Source: Alphaproteobacteria bacterium (GTDB taxonomy: Bacteria > Pseudomonadota > Alphaproteobacteria > Bin95). Taken from it: DNA of 64,000 nucleotides. The notes under the pieces are model-generated. The model saw only the letters and a program-made list of their open reading frames with translations, was not told where the DNA came from and made no database searches. Both the position numbers and the translations under genes were made by a program. Position 1 is the stretch's first letter. Each line of letters begins with the position of its first letter. Where the stretch lies: positions 1,280,001 through 1,344,000 of the forward strand of contig OZ224045.1 of assembly GCA_963665325.3 (NCBI GenBank), read 5' to 3'. This document shows positions 20,150-30,011 of the stretch, one piece after another.

Positions 20150-21409
20150 TCAGCGACCCGCCGGTGACGGGTGCAACCGCATGCGGGCGACCGTAAAGAC
20201 CGCGAGTGCGATGTGGACTGCCGCAGTGAAGGAGAAGAGACCGGCCGGTCCCATGAGGTTCATCGCGACCGAACCCGCGAGAGATCCGCTGACAGCGCCG
20301 AGCGAGAACAGCAGCAGCAAGCCGCTCGAAGCCTCGACGAAACCGCCGCTTTCAACCGAATCGTTCATATGCGCCGCGCAAAGCGTGTAAAGGGGAAGAG
20401 CGGACAGGCCGAACAGAAAGAAGAAGACGAACGGACCCAGCTCCCACCTCCAGATGCCGGCGCAAAGAGCCGCGCCGGCGCCGGCAATCGCGCCGGCAAT
20501 GCAGGCGAGAACCACGACGCCCCGCCTGTCGGTACGGTCCGACAACTGCGCGAGCGGCCACTGCGCCATGGCTCCCGCCATGACCGCGATGCTCATCAGG
20601 ACGGCCGCCAGGTCGCTACTCCAGAGGATGCCCGTCTGGACGAAGACGGGCGCCAGCGACCAGAACGCACCATTGGTCAGGCCGACCGCGGCAATGCCGG
20701 CGAACCCGACCCAGCACCGCCGACAGCGGCGAAGCACGCCAAGCCGGACCTCAGCGGGGCGGCATGGCGCCTCGGCCCGGCTGAAGGCAACGGGCAGGAC
20801 AGCGAGCGATATGAGGATCGACGCGCCTGCGAACAGGGCGAAGGTTCGGGGGTCGCCCAAGGTCAACAGCAACTGCCCGGCGGTGATGACGGTGAAGTTG
20901 ACGATCCTGTAAATCGAGAAGACGCGGCCGCGGTTCTCGTTGGTGGATTTTTCGTTCAGCCAGCTCTCGATGACCATGAACAGCACGGCGAGGCTGAACC
21001 CGGAAAGGGCTCTGCAGAACCACCAGACGGCAGGCGCGACCACCACGGCGTGCGCCAGTCCCAGCGCAGAAGCGAGCGACACCATGGCCGCGAAGGTCCG
21101 GACATGCCCGGCGCGGTGCACGACATGCGGGCCGGCGAAGCAGCCGATGCCGAACCCGAGGAAATAGGACGCTCCGAGAACGCCGATATCGAGCGTCGTG
21201 AAGCGTTCCGCATGGGCCCGGACCGGAAGGAGCAGGTTCTGGAGGCCGTTCCCCATCAGCAGAAAGGCGGTGCTGAAGAGCAGGGCCGCGATCGGGGCTA
21301 CAGTGCCGATGGCAAGGTGGACGCGCCCCGGGGGCGGTATGCCCGTCGTTACCCGGTCGCCGCGTCCGGCTGCAGGAGCCGGCGCGCCAGTGGTGCCGGC
21401 ATCCGGCAA
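20150..21409 (-). CDS. MFS transporter (YcaD-like); true start uncertain
   Basis: Multiple hydrophobic segments; RAGHVRTFA, VIESWLNE, RGRVFSIY, QWPLAQLSDRTDRR. Confidence 0.88.
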   Translation of the reverse strand: MPDAGTTGAPAPAAGRGDRVTTGIPPPGRVHLAIGTVAPIAALLFSTAFLLMGNGLQNLLLPVRAHAERFTTLDIGVLGASYFLGFGIGCFAGPHVVHRAGHVRTFAAMVSLASALGLAHAVVVAPAVWWFCRALSGFSLAVLFMVIESWLNEKSTNENRGRVFSIYRIVNFTVITAGQLLLTLGDPRTFALFAGASILISLAVLPVAFSRAEAPCRPAEVRLGVLRRCRRCWVGFAGIAAVGLTNGAFWSLAPVFVQTGILWSSDLAAVLMSIAVMAGAMAQWPLAQLSDRTDRRGVVVLACIAGAIAGAGAALCAGIWRWELGPFVFFFLFGLSALPLYTLCAAHMNDSVESGGFVEASSGLLLLFSLGAVSGSLAGSVAMNLMGPAGLFSFTAAVHIALAVFTVARMRLHPSPAGR

Positions 21410-22044
21410 GCAGCGCTCACGACAGGGCGACTGCAGATTATCCTTGCGGTCGTCGGAGGCGATTTTCCAGCCTGCCTGTTTTGCAATCCGGTACAGAAGA
21501 TATGGAAAAGAAAACCAGACCTTTAAGGCTTCAGGTCGATATAATTAACTTATAGTCGGTAGATCAAGAACTTTCGAAAGCGTCGATTCTTCTGCCTCTC
21601 GAATGCGAACCGGACATTCCCTTAATTGCCTTCTGCCTGCACCGCTGCCCTTGGCACAGGGAATTTCGTGTTAAGGTAGGAGTGAAGGAAAGGCGCCTTC
21701 AGGGCCGCTTTTTTCAATCCTGAAGGTGAAGGAGCCGGGGAGCCGTGCTGGAAACAGATGGGAGATATATCCCCGGCGCAAGGGGTCCCATGGCATCGCA
21801 TGACGAAGCGTGATTCTGGACAACGCCGTGACACGTGATGAGGACGCAGGCCCAAGGTCGACAACGGATTTCGGTATCGCCCCCCGCGCCGAAAGTTATT
21901 GCCGAACCCCGGGCAATTTGACGAGGCAGGAAGGCTGGAAATACGATCGGCGCGGCCACGCCGACACAACAGCTCCGAACCGTTTCCGCACCCGGTTTGC
22001 GGGCAACTCCAGTCGAGGCCTTGCGGCGGTTTCAGTCCGACAGC

Positions 22045-22308
22045 CTAGTCCGGCCGGGCCTCGACGATCACGCGCCCGCGCCCGCGCCGGACGACATAGC
22101 CGCCTCGCCGGATCATCAGCTTGCCGTCTTGAACCAGGTCCCACAGAGCATCGGCGATAACGTCGGCGTCTTTATCGCCTTCCGGCTCATCACTTGCCTG
22201 GGCGAGCCATTTTGCAAATGCCTCGTCGGCAATGGCGGAACCCACAGATTTGCGAAGCGCGTTGAGCTTTCGAAGCTGGCCCTTTGTCAGGCTCGTCTCG
22301 TCGACCAT
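22045..22308 (-). CDS. Small conserved hypothetical protein (87 aa)
   Basis: MVDETSLTKGQLRKLNALRKSVG...; AAGGA upstream; a paralogous fragment at 17000-17061 conserves the protein sequence. Confidence 0.7.
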   Translation of the reverse strand: MVDETSLTKGQLRKLNALRKSVGSAIADEAFAKWLAQASDEPEGDKDADVIADALWDLVQDGKLMIRRGGYVVRRGRGRVIVEARPD

Positions 22309-22437
22309 GCGGCGAGGTCCTTTCGTATCTTTATGGCGAACGCGCACCGCAATTACAGATATCGAGATGACTGCACAACACTTTGTGCATGGCCGTACAA
22401 AATGTCGACCTGCACTGCAGGGCAAGCGCGCCCGCGA

Positions 22438-22516
22438 TGTTGGCGGAGCGGAACAATGCTCCACAGAAAGCGTCCGGTCGGTTTGGCGGCAGTACAATTG
22501 TGCTCCGCTGTTGACA
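22438..22516 (+). mobile_element. 79-bp miniature IS21-A derivative (fused left and right ends)
   Basis: TGTTGGCGGAGCGGAACAATGCTCCACAGAAAGCGTCCGG matches the A1 left end; GTACAATTGTGCTCCGCTGTTGACA matches the A1 right end. Confidence 0.8.
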
Positions 22517-22670
22517 GCTCGGTGGGAAATGCACGAACGGAGCAGGCTTGTTCCAGCCGGAATTCCATTGTCGTGCATCCAGCCCAATGGCCCACCGATG
22601 TCGAGCCCGCGCGAAGGGATTGCAGCCTTGGGCCGAAAACCCTGCCTTCAGCCCTCCGGGAACCCGAAGT

Positions 22671-22910
22671 CTATTCTTTCCCGCCGATCAACTCGGCATG
22701 CGGGGCCAGATGTAGCGGTCCTGTCCTGCGGCGGTCGCCGCCAGCGCCCGTGATCCGCAGGAGTTCGAAAAGTACGCGGATCTCCGCCCCCGGCGTCTCG
22801 CGTTCCCAGCGTTCGACCAATGCGTCGGTGGCCTCGCGCGTTGCGCGATACCGCACATCGACGTTCCCACCCGGGCGAAAACGCTCCAGTCGATAGCGCA
22901 TCTCGTTCAT
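22671..22910 (-). CDS. Hypothetical protein
   Basis: ATG preceded by a GGAGAGG-like RBS; plausible composition only. Confidence 0.35.
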   Translation of the reverse strand: MNEMRYRLERFRPGGNVDVRYRATREATDALVERWERETPGAEIRVLFELLRITGAGGDRRRTGPLHLAPHAELIGGKE

Positions 22911-23424
22911 GACGACATTTCGACCTCTCCGCCCCCCTGCCCGGCAATGCACGGCGAAGGGTAGGCCACAATCTCCTGAGGGGGTCCTTGCAGCAGCAGG
23001 AGTCCCGAGCCTCCGATCAACCAACGCTCAGCCACCCGGAGCAATGGTGATGAGGTTACGACATCTGCTTCGCCTGGCACGGACAAACAGCTTTGTCACA
23101 TGGTCGCATTCGGGATCGGCAGCATCGTGACCGTTGCGGACGAATGGATGTCGACAGCAAGGCCGGCGACCCCGTTTGCATCTATTGGGACCTGGTCAAC
23201 GCAGGCCACACATGACCGAGGCGGCGGCAAGCCGTGTTCCGTTCGCGTGATAGCCTTTGCGAGAATTAGACCGGATCCCGGCCGGAGACCTCCTGGCGTC
23301 CGCCGACGTCTCCTGACGACGGACACGACGGCGAAAGCCGGAGAACAGCCTTGCGAGGGTGCGTGCGGGGCGGCCGGAGAGCGCCGCCCCCGCCGCGCCA
23401 ATGCAACCCTCGACGGAGACTGGC

Positions 23425-23610
23425 ATGAACCTGAATCGGCCCCAGGGCCGAACCGCTAATCCGGGAGATCCCACTGAGTTGGCTCGCGCTCGCCCCCGAG
23501 AACGTCCGCAAGACGCCGCCCGATCCCCGGGCCGACGCCAAGCTCAAGGCCTTGATCGCCGCGCTCGGCCTTCTGGAGAATCTCGTCGTCCGCACCGATG
23601 AGCCGTATGA
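23425..23610 (+). pseudogene. ParB/Spo0J N-terminal domain fragment
   Basis: IREIPLSWLALAPENVRKTP...ALGLLENLVVR; out of frame with ATG 23425 and truncated. Confidence 0.65.
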
Positions 23611-23743
23611 CGACCGCCCGACACGTAGTCTGATACGGTTGTGATGAGTTCTTCCATCCCGCCACGCCGGCGGGATTCGGTCCGTCCGCCAACCTATCTC
23701 TGTAAGCCCCTTTTTCAAGGGGTCGATGTCACCGGGTCCAATA

Positions 23744-23884
23744 TAACTTGTTGATATTATTCAATTGAACTTGTATTTTGGAAAAATGCCACAATGAGCG
23801 GACCCTCTCTGGCGGTGGGAGAGGGGATCGGAAATCATGTGGGGAATACGGACCGTTCCTTGTAAACATTTGAAGTAATTGATT
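23744..23884. promoter_or_regulatory. AT-rich att-like region with IHF-consensus sites and a tRNA-3'-end-like motif
   Basis: TAACTTGTTGATA at 23744 matches YAANNNNTTGATW; near match at 23872; TGGCGGTGGGAGAGGGGA at 23810-23827 is the reverse complement of ...CCCACCGCCA. Confidence 0.4.
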
Positions 23885-24323
23885 AATTTTCAAGACTCCG
23901 TTCGAATTAAGTTGGCATTTTGCCGGCCGTCTTTGCTGTTTGGCGTCAGCTGCGGAAGCCGGCGCCGAAAACTGGTGGATCGACCACCTCACACGATGTT
24001 CTTCGGAGAACCGCGACAGCCACATCGTCAACGCGATAATCCAAATATGCATGCGTGCGAAGCGCGCCCCAGCGGAGATTGGCAAGCACAGCTCTCCTGT
24101 CGCGCCTCCCGAGGCCTGAGTGGTTGGATCAACCTTTGCGTCTGGGGTATGGCCAGCCGGGGCATGCGGGGTGTTGCGGAGCGGGGTCGTGACCGGACGA
24201 GTGCAGAGCAGGTCCGCCAAAGGCCTCGATAGCCAGCTGCGAGCGGGATTCCGTTGCATGCCGTGCAAAGCCGCAAACTGCCGAGGTTGCATTACGACTC
24301 CGGCCCTTACTGGATCGGATCCC

Positions 24324-27059
24324 TTATATCTTTCTGCTCAGCATCAAATCCTTCAAAACAGGATCGCCTACTGAGCCTTCGCGCATGGCCGACAACTGTC
24401 CGTGTATCGCGTCAAACTTCCCGTCGGCCTCCAACCGGAATTCCTCATCTTCCTGCACCGCCTTGAAGCCGAACGCGTCCTCCTTGCGCCGATAGATGTC
24501 GAACAGGTGGACCTCCGGGCCTTTCATGCCAGGCAAGGGCTTCAGGCCACTGATGATCAGCGGGCTAAGGTTCAGGGCCAGTCCCCGTTCCGGCGAAATC
24601 AGGAACACAAGGCCGGACGGAACACCCTGTTCGCCTTTGTAATCGAACAGATTTCCGAAGGGAGCGTGTGGACCCTGGATGCTGCGGAATATCCCTTCGA
24701 AGCTTCCGAAGGAGAACTGTGCTTGCCGCACGTCCTCAAAGTACCCCATGTGGTTTTCTGCGAAGGACTTCGCCAGGACATTGCCGACCAGCCCGATGAT
24801 GCGGGGATAGTCTAGACCGCGGGCGACCTTTCCGTGCTTTGCCTGCGCGACTCCGTTGACGGCTGCGTTCAATTTCGACGCAAAATCGCCCGTCGTCAAC
24901 GCCACGGCATACTCGGCGAAGACGGCTCTGTCGCCCAGCGCCTTCGAACATTTGTTCAAGAGGTCCCACAACGGACCCGCCGACCGGTGTTCGTATCCCT
25001 TGAACATCAAGGACGACGATGTACCCGCTTCCGCGAGACACTCCACGTAACAGACGTAGGCAGCCACGGAAAGCATGCATTCGAGGGTTTCCCGGCCCCA
25101 TTTCTGGAGGCCGTCCTTGCTTGTCTCTGCGATGAAGCAGGCAAGTGGATACGCCATCGGATACGGGAGCACTTGCACGAGGTCACCTAAATCCCGCCAG
25201 GTACTGTCCTTCGACCTATGCTGGAATTCGTCGACATCGGCGTTCTTCACATATGAGAACGCCGATGTGCTGGTTCCAAAATCGAATCCCAAATAGGTGT
25301 CGCCAGCCACTTCCGCCGCCGCAAACGTCATGTCCATGTAAAACGGATTTCCATCGACGATGACTTGCCGCCCACGATTGCCGCCACGCCCGTAGATGAA
25401 CTTGGGCAACGCGGTGCCGTCGCCGCGAACGGTAAGCTCGATCTCGATCGTGCCGCCGAACTTCGTTCCGCCCGGCGTTTCGACCCTCTTGTCCACGAGA
25501 TTATGGAGGTTGTCAAAGTCCTCTGGCTCGAACGACGCTCTCAAGAAATAGTAATCCAGATAGAGCGACGGCGTCGTGGACAGCTTGGTCTTCCACCTGA
25601 GCGGTTTGTCTATTCTTCCTCTCAAGCTGCTGGCCGAAGGTAACAAGACTCCGTTCTCGTAGGTTTCTCTGGGAAGATGATCCGACGACGGCCGATAGCG
25701 CCGGGTTTCAGGCCCGTTTCCGTTGGGATCGAGCGACAGGCACAGTCTGTTATAGGTCACCGCCCGGAAATCACCTTCCCCCTTGGTATAGTATCTACGG
25801 GCGCATTCGACCGCCAAACCCTTTGCGACAATCTCCTGAAAGTCTTCCGACAGCTCCAAAACCTGCGCATCTGCCAGATCGCTTCTGAGATCTCGCTCGA
25901 TCAGTTGAGTCAACCAGCGCATGTTCGACGAACCGCCGGACAGCAGAACCACGGAAAGCGACTTTCCCCCGAGCGCTTGTGCGGCCCGGGTCAAGCCGCT
26001 CCTTATGGCCGGCAGCAACTTCTGTCTCCACACCCGATCTTCGAAGATCCGGCGTATCCGGGCCGCATCAAGCCGAATTTCTATACCATCCGGGTTTGCA
26101 GAGAACGGTCGGCGTGGCACCCGTACGCGAATCGCCGCGGCGTTGCTCAGATCAGCGTCGACTCGCCAGTCTGGAATGTTCGAACAAATCGAAATCTTGG
26201 CATCCTCAACGTCCCGCAGCAGCGTCCGATAGGTACCGAAGAAGCATAGAGTATCGTCGCGAAATTCCGACAGATCCGCTGCGTCGTAGTTCTTGACTTG
26301 GTCGAACCTGTCTATGGCTTTTCGAACAGCCGTCTTGCTCTCCTTCTTTTCGATCGCCTCGAACAAGAGATCGGCGGCGATGAGTTTATTCACATAAAAT
26401 CCACCGACAGGGATCGAACTCGCGGACAGAGGGCGGGAATGACGACCGCCCTGGCTGATGTCGCCCTCCGCCGTAGTTTCAATTACCGATACGTCAAACG
26501 TTCCTCCCCCGAAATCCATTACAAGCGCAATGTGCTTTTGCTTCTGTGCGATAAGCGCATGCTTTAGCCCGTATCTGTAATACTGGAAAACCGCAAACGG
26601 CTCCGGCATAAAATCGACTTCCTCGAACTTCCCGTGCAGGATTCTGCGTAAAGCCGCTCGATAATTCGCCAGCCATGAGTCAGTTGCTGCCTCTCCTCCA
26701 CCCAAGGAGAGAGGCTCCGCGATCAGGATACGTTTCGGATAGGGTTCTCCGCGTAGCTCCAATTCATCCGCCAGCTTCGCGAGAACACCGTCACAAAAAT
26801 CTTTGGCTGTACCGATGGGCGATCGTAATGCGGTGCCGTTGAGGCCGATAGCTCTTGCGGCCAACGCGGCCGGACCCTTCATTCCCAACTCGATCTTGAA
26901 GTCGTCCCGCAAGTGCTCCGTGAGAGCGGGCTGATCCAAAGCCTCGTGGCCAATGACAGGCTTACCGTCATTGTAGTAGACAGCGGTGGGAATGGTTCGG
27001 GCCCCGTCAATAGGGGTCAACTGCACCGCAGTAATAAAGAGCTCCTTTTTGCTGCTCAC
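24324..27059 (-). CDS. Hsp70/actin-like ATPase domain protein (911 aa), apparently circularly permuted, with an extra C-terminal domain
   Basis: GARTIPTAVYY, PEPFA, MDFGGGTFDVS, VLLSGGSS; phosphate-1-like LGFDFGTSTS sits near residue 590; GTG start with GAGAGG RBS; lower GC than the flanks. Confidence 0.8.
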   Translation of the reverse strand: MSSKKELFITAVQLTPIDGARTIPTAVYYNDGKPVIGHEALDQPALTEHLRDDFKIELGMKGPAALAARAIGLNGTALRSPIGTAKDFCDGVLAKLADELELRGEPYPKRILIAEPLSLGGGEAATDSWLANYRAALRRILHGKFEEVDFMPEPFAVFQYYRYGLKHALIAQKQKHIALVMDFGGGTFDVSVIETTAEGDISQGGRHSRPLSASSIPVGGFYVNKLIAADLLFEAIEKKESKTAVRKAIDRFDQVKNYDAADLSEFRDDTLCFFGTYRTLLRDVEDAKISICSNIPDWRVDADLSNAAAIRVRVPRRPFSANPDGIEIRLDAARIRRIFEDRVWRQKLLPAIRSGLTRAAQALGGKSLSVVLLSGGSSNMRWLTQLIERDLRSDLADAQVLELSEDFQEIVAKGLAVECARRYYTKGEGDFRAVTYNRLCLSLDPNGNGPETRRYRPSSDHLPRETYENGVLLPSASSLRGRIDKPLRWKTKLSTTPSLYLDYYFLRASFEPEDFDNLHNLVDKRVETPGGTKFGGTIEIELTVRGDGTALPKFIYGRGGNRGRQVIVDGNPFYMDMTFAAAEVAGDTYLGFDFGTSTSAFSYVKNADVDEFQHRSKDSTWRDLGDLVQVLPYPMAYPLACFIAETSKDGLQKWGRETLECMLSVAAYVCYVECLAEAGTSSSLMFKGYEHRSAGPLWDLLNKCSKALGDRAVFAEYAVALTTGDFASKLNAAVNGVAQAKHGKVARGLDYPRIIGLVGNVLAKSFAENHMGYFEDVRQAQFSFGSFEGIFRSIQGPHAPFGNLFDYKGEQGVPSGLVFLISPERGLALNLSPLIISGLKPLPGMKGPEVHLFDIYRRKEDAFGFKAVQEDEEFRLEADGKFDAIHGQLSAMREGSVGDPVLKDLMLSRKI

Positions 27060-27190
27060 TTTGTCATCCCTCTCCCATTCGATTCGCAAAGCTCGAGCGG
27101 TCCATTGAAACGCCGGCAGCCCAGATACTATGCAACACAGCCATTCAGTGTTTTTTGCACAATCCACTCTGTTTCGGAACCCATCCGATC

Positions 27191-27246
27191 TAATTTGTTG
27201 ATTTCATTGGATGCAAGTCCAACATGGCGAGTGTAACCGGTTGATT
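27191..27246. promoter_or_regulatory. Two IHF-consensus sites
   Basis: TAATTTGTTGATT (27191) and TAACCGGTTGATT (27234). Confidence 0.45.
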
Positions 27247-27739
27247 TGTCGAGATCTTGGGCTTGTTTTCCGCCCATGCAGGGGATTCTGTGACAATCGG
27301 GGTTTTGGGAAGCAGATCTTGTCACGTTGGCCCGATGCCCGTGCCAGTTGCGGGACCGCTGCGCACCGCCTGAGGCGGTAGGATGCCGTCGGGTAAACCA
27401 ACACTGTGGAGCGGTTCCATGCCAGTGCCGCAGTCTTCCTCGTGCTCGTCCATTCATGGTTCGGGCTTGCCCGGTCTGTTTGCGGAGGCGCTGTCGGGGC
27501 TAGCCGCGGTTTATCACGAGCCGCTTGCTGCGGCACCAAGCGCGACGGTATTCGAGGAGGCCGAGCGGTGTGTTCGGGGGAGCGTGAACGCGCTGAGTTG
27601 CGAGGTTCTAGTGGCTTGGATCAAGGGCCTTGACGGCGGGGCGCTGCGGGTCGGTCGGACCGGGCAGCGACGGTTCCGTGTGGCGGTGACGCCTGAGCAC
27701 GTTCCTCCCGGTGACCTACAGGCGGGCGCACTATCACAA

Positions 27740-28315
27740 GGCGTGAGCCGGCGCTTGCTCGTGTCCGTGGAATGGCTGCCGACGGTCTGGGGCGGCGAGA
27801 ACGGGTTTGCGGAAATCGACGAGGCGGACGAGATCGCGGCTGCGGTGCTCAATCACTACAACCGGGTCGCACGGGAACTGGCCGAGGAGCCGGAGGCCTA
27901 CGCGCCGGTCATGGAGGTCGACCGGGCCGACGGCGAGCTGCTGTGGGGGCCGTGGATCAACGGCTTCGAACGCGCGATGCGGCTGCGCGCCGATGCCTGG
28001 GACGCCGTCGCGTTCGGCGATGACGAGGAGGCCGCGGCGTCGGTCGGCACGATCCTGGCTATGAACGCCTTCGACCAAGGCGAATCGGAACTGACCGAGG
28101 AAGAGGAGGACGAGATCGACCGGACGGAGCCGGACCTGATCCATTCGATGGTGCGCCACCTGACGGCGCGGAAGTCGGCGCGGCCGCTGCACCGGATCGG
28201 TCCTGGGGATATCGCGTTCGACGAACCGCCGGCCCATGGACGCCACGCGGTGAGCGATGAGCCCTACCTCTGCGGGTCCGGACGCACATACGGGCGATGC
28301 TGCGGTGCACACTGA
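27740..28315 (+). pseudogene. UPF0149 (YecA-like) protein with degenerate SEC-C motif; N-terminus appears replaced
   Basis: EWLPTVWG, VLNHYNRVA, WINGFERAM, and C-terminal DEPYLCGSGRTYGRCCG (SEC-C with the first Cys lost). Confidence 0.7.
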
Positions 28316-28384
28316 GACGGCCGGAAGGTCTGGAAGCACGCCGGCGAAGGACGATTCGAAACGGGCGGCGACCCGTCGAGCTGC

Positions 28385-29677
28385 TTGTCCCTAGACGACG
28401 CCATATACGAGGTGTTCGGGCCGCTGCCGCAGGGCGCGCCGGGCAACGACGCCTCGACGCTGCGTGCGCTCGATGCCGTGCCGAACCGCAATGCCGTCCG
28501 ACGGGTGCTCGACCTGGGTGCAGGGCACGGCCGCACGACCCTCGCCCTGGCGCAGGCGTTGCCGGATACCCGGATTACGGCCGTCGAGATCCATGCGCCC
28601 TTCTCCGAACGGATCGCCGAACGCGCCCGCGAGACGCGCGTTGCGGACCGGGTCCATGCGGAATGCGGGGACATGGCGAAGATCGATGTTGCCCCAGAGA
28701 GCATCGACCTGATCTGGGCGGAAGGATCGATCTATGTCGTGGGCATGGAGCGGGCGTTCGCCATGTGGCGCCCCTGGCTTCGTGCGGGCGGCTGCGTCGC
28801 ATTCAGCGACTTCGTTTGGTGGACCGGCGATCCATCGGAAGAGGCCCGTGCGTTCTGGGCGGTGGAATATCCGGACATGGCGACGGAAGACGCAATCCGG
28901 TCTCGCGCGGAGGCCGCCGGGTATCGGGTCGTCAGCAGCTTCCGCATGTCGAGGGAAGCGCATGATGCCTATTACGTCCCGCTGGAGGCGCGCGTCGCCG
29001 AACTTGCCGGATGCGCCGATACCGGGGTCCGCAGAGTGCTTGAAGGCATTCGAAAGGAAATCGACGTCGTCCGGCGCTTTCCCGACGAGGCGGGCTACAC
29101 ATTCTTCACACTCCAGCGCGGTGACGGCCGCGCCGGGGCTGCCGGCGGCAACGGCTGGACGAGCGGATCGGATGCGGCGAGACAAGCGGCAGGCCGGCGA
29201 CGCGGGCCGATCTGGCCCGGGCAGACGACGAGACGGTCGGGCTGTCGCGTGTATCGGGTCAGTCGGCCCTGCCGCATGCTTGGCCGGCGCGTGGCGGCAG
29301 GTTATATGTTGCTGAAATGTTCCCTATTTCGTGAGAAGCCTCCATGCACAAGGAAGACAGCCTGCCGGCGCCGCACGATGAAGTGCTCTTCGATATCGAG
29401 ATGGCGCTCAGCAAGGAAGAGAAACTGTGGCCGAAGCGCTACAGGCCCGGCGACCACAACCGCCTCAGACCCATGGCGCGCGCGATCCTCGAGCATCTCG
29501 AACTCTGCGGCCTGCGGTTCTTCCGCAAACCGCCCGCGCCGAGACACAGCACGCCGGATCCTTGGGGCGGCGCCGGAACAGGGAAGGAAAGTGGCTGAAG
29601 GGGGGTGTTCGCCGGTCACGACGAAAGCGCCGCCGCATGGGCACGCATCGCTTCGCTCATCGAGACCGCGAAGCTGA
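28385..29677 (+). CDS. Class I SAM-dependent methyltransferase (homology ends near 29125; the remainder looks like read-through)
   Basis: VLDLGAGHG, DLIWAEGSIY, LRAGG, GYTFF. Confidence 0.8.
   Translation: MSLDDAIYEVFGPLPQGAPGNDASTLRALDAVPNRNAVRRVLDLGAGHGRTTLALAQALPDTRITAVEIHAPFSERIAERARETRVADRVHAECGDMAKIDVAPESIDLIWAEGSIYVVGMERAFAMWRPWLRAGGCVAFSDFVWWTGDPSEEARAFWAVEYPDMATEDAIRSRAEAAGYRVVSSFRMSREAHDAYYVPLEARVAELAGCADTGVRRVLEGIRKEIDVVRRFPDEAGYTFFTLQRGDGRAGAAGGNGWTSGSDAARQAAGRRRGPIWPGQTTRRSGCRVYRVSRPCRMLGRRVAAGYMLLKCSLFREKPPCTRKTACRRRTMKCSSISRWRSARKRNCGRSATGPATTTASDPWRARSSSISNSAACGSSANRPRRDTARRILGAAPEQGRKVAEGGCSPVTTKAPPHGHASLRSSRPRS
29344..29598 (+). CDS. Hypothetical protein
   Basis: ATG with GAGAAG upstream and globular-looking sequence; overlaps the methyltransferase read-through tail. 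Confidence 0.45.
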   Translation: MHKEDSLPAPHDEVLFDIEMALSKEEKLWPKRYRPGDHNRLRPMARAILEHLELCGLRFFRKPPAPRHSTPDPWGGAGTGKESG

Positions 29678-29823
29678 ACCGCGTCGAACCCTATGCCTGG
29701 CTCAGGGACACAATCGAAGCCATCGCAGCAGGCCATCCCTACAGCCGCATCGACGAATTTCTACCCTGAAACTTCCCGAGCTCGTCAAGCTGAAAGCCAA
29801 GTGCCCCGTTCGCACCCATTTAT
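29608..29823 (+). pseudogene. IS66 TnpC C-terminal remnant
   Basis: FAGHDE...WARIASLIETAKLNRVEPYAWL...RIDEFLP*NF. Confidence 0.85.
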
Positions 29824-29916
29824 CTCGTCTTCTGCCATGCCGACACGACGCTCCTAGAACTAGCGGGCTCCGCCGGTCTGCGATAGACAATCGAAGAATG
29901 CTTGCTGAGGGAAAAT

Positions 29917-29991
29917 GACGATCTCAGCCTCGACGACTGCGAAACCCGCTCCTGGCGCGGCTGGCATCGCCATATCAGCCTCGTCTTGGCT
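29917..29991 (+). pseudogene. IS701-family transposase fragment
   Basis: LSLDDCETRSWRGWHRHISLV resembles the IS701 GLDHxExRSWxGWHRH motif. Confidence 0.65.
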
Positions 29992-30011
29992 GTAGACCCG
30001 CGCCGGCGACT

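Noticed and set aside
27229-27720. Possible ISKra4/ISLre2-like transposase N-terminal remnant and an IS-like ...GGTGACCTACA end fused to the UPF0149 gene
   Set aside because: FEEAER...LD...RFRVA gives only faint recalled similarity with no catalytic motifs or matching ends; too weak to call.
28385-29125. Cognate DNA methyltransferase for the AlwI-like nuclease
   Set aside because: It is a small-molecule-type class I methyltransferase lacking DPPY/NPPY or PCQ motifs, and it lies about 15 kb away.
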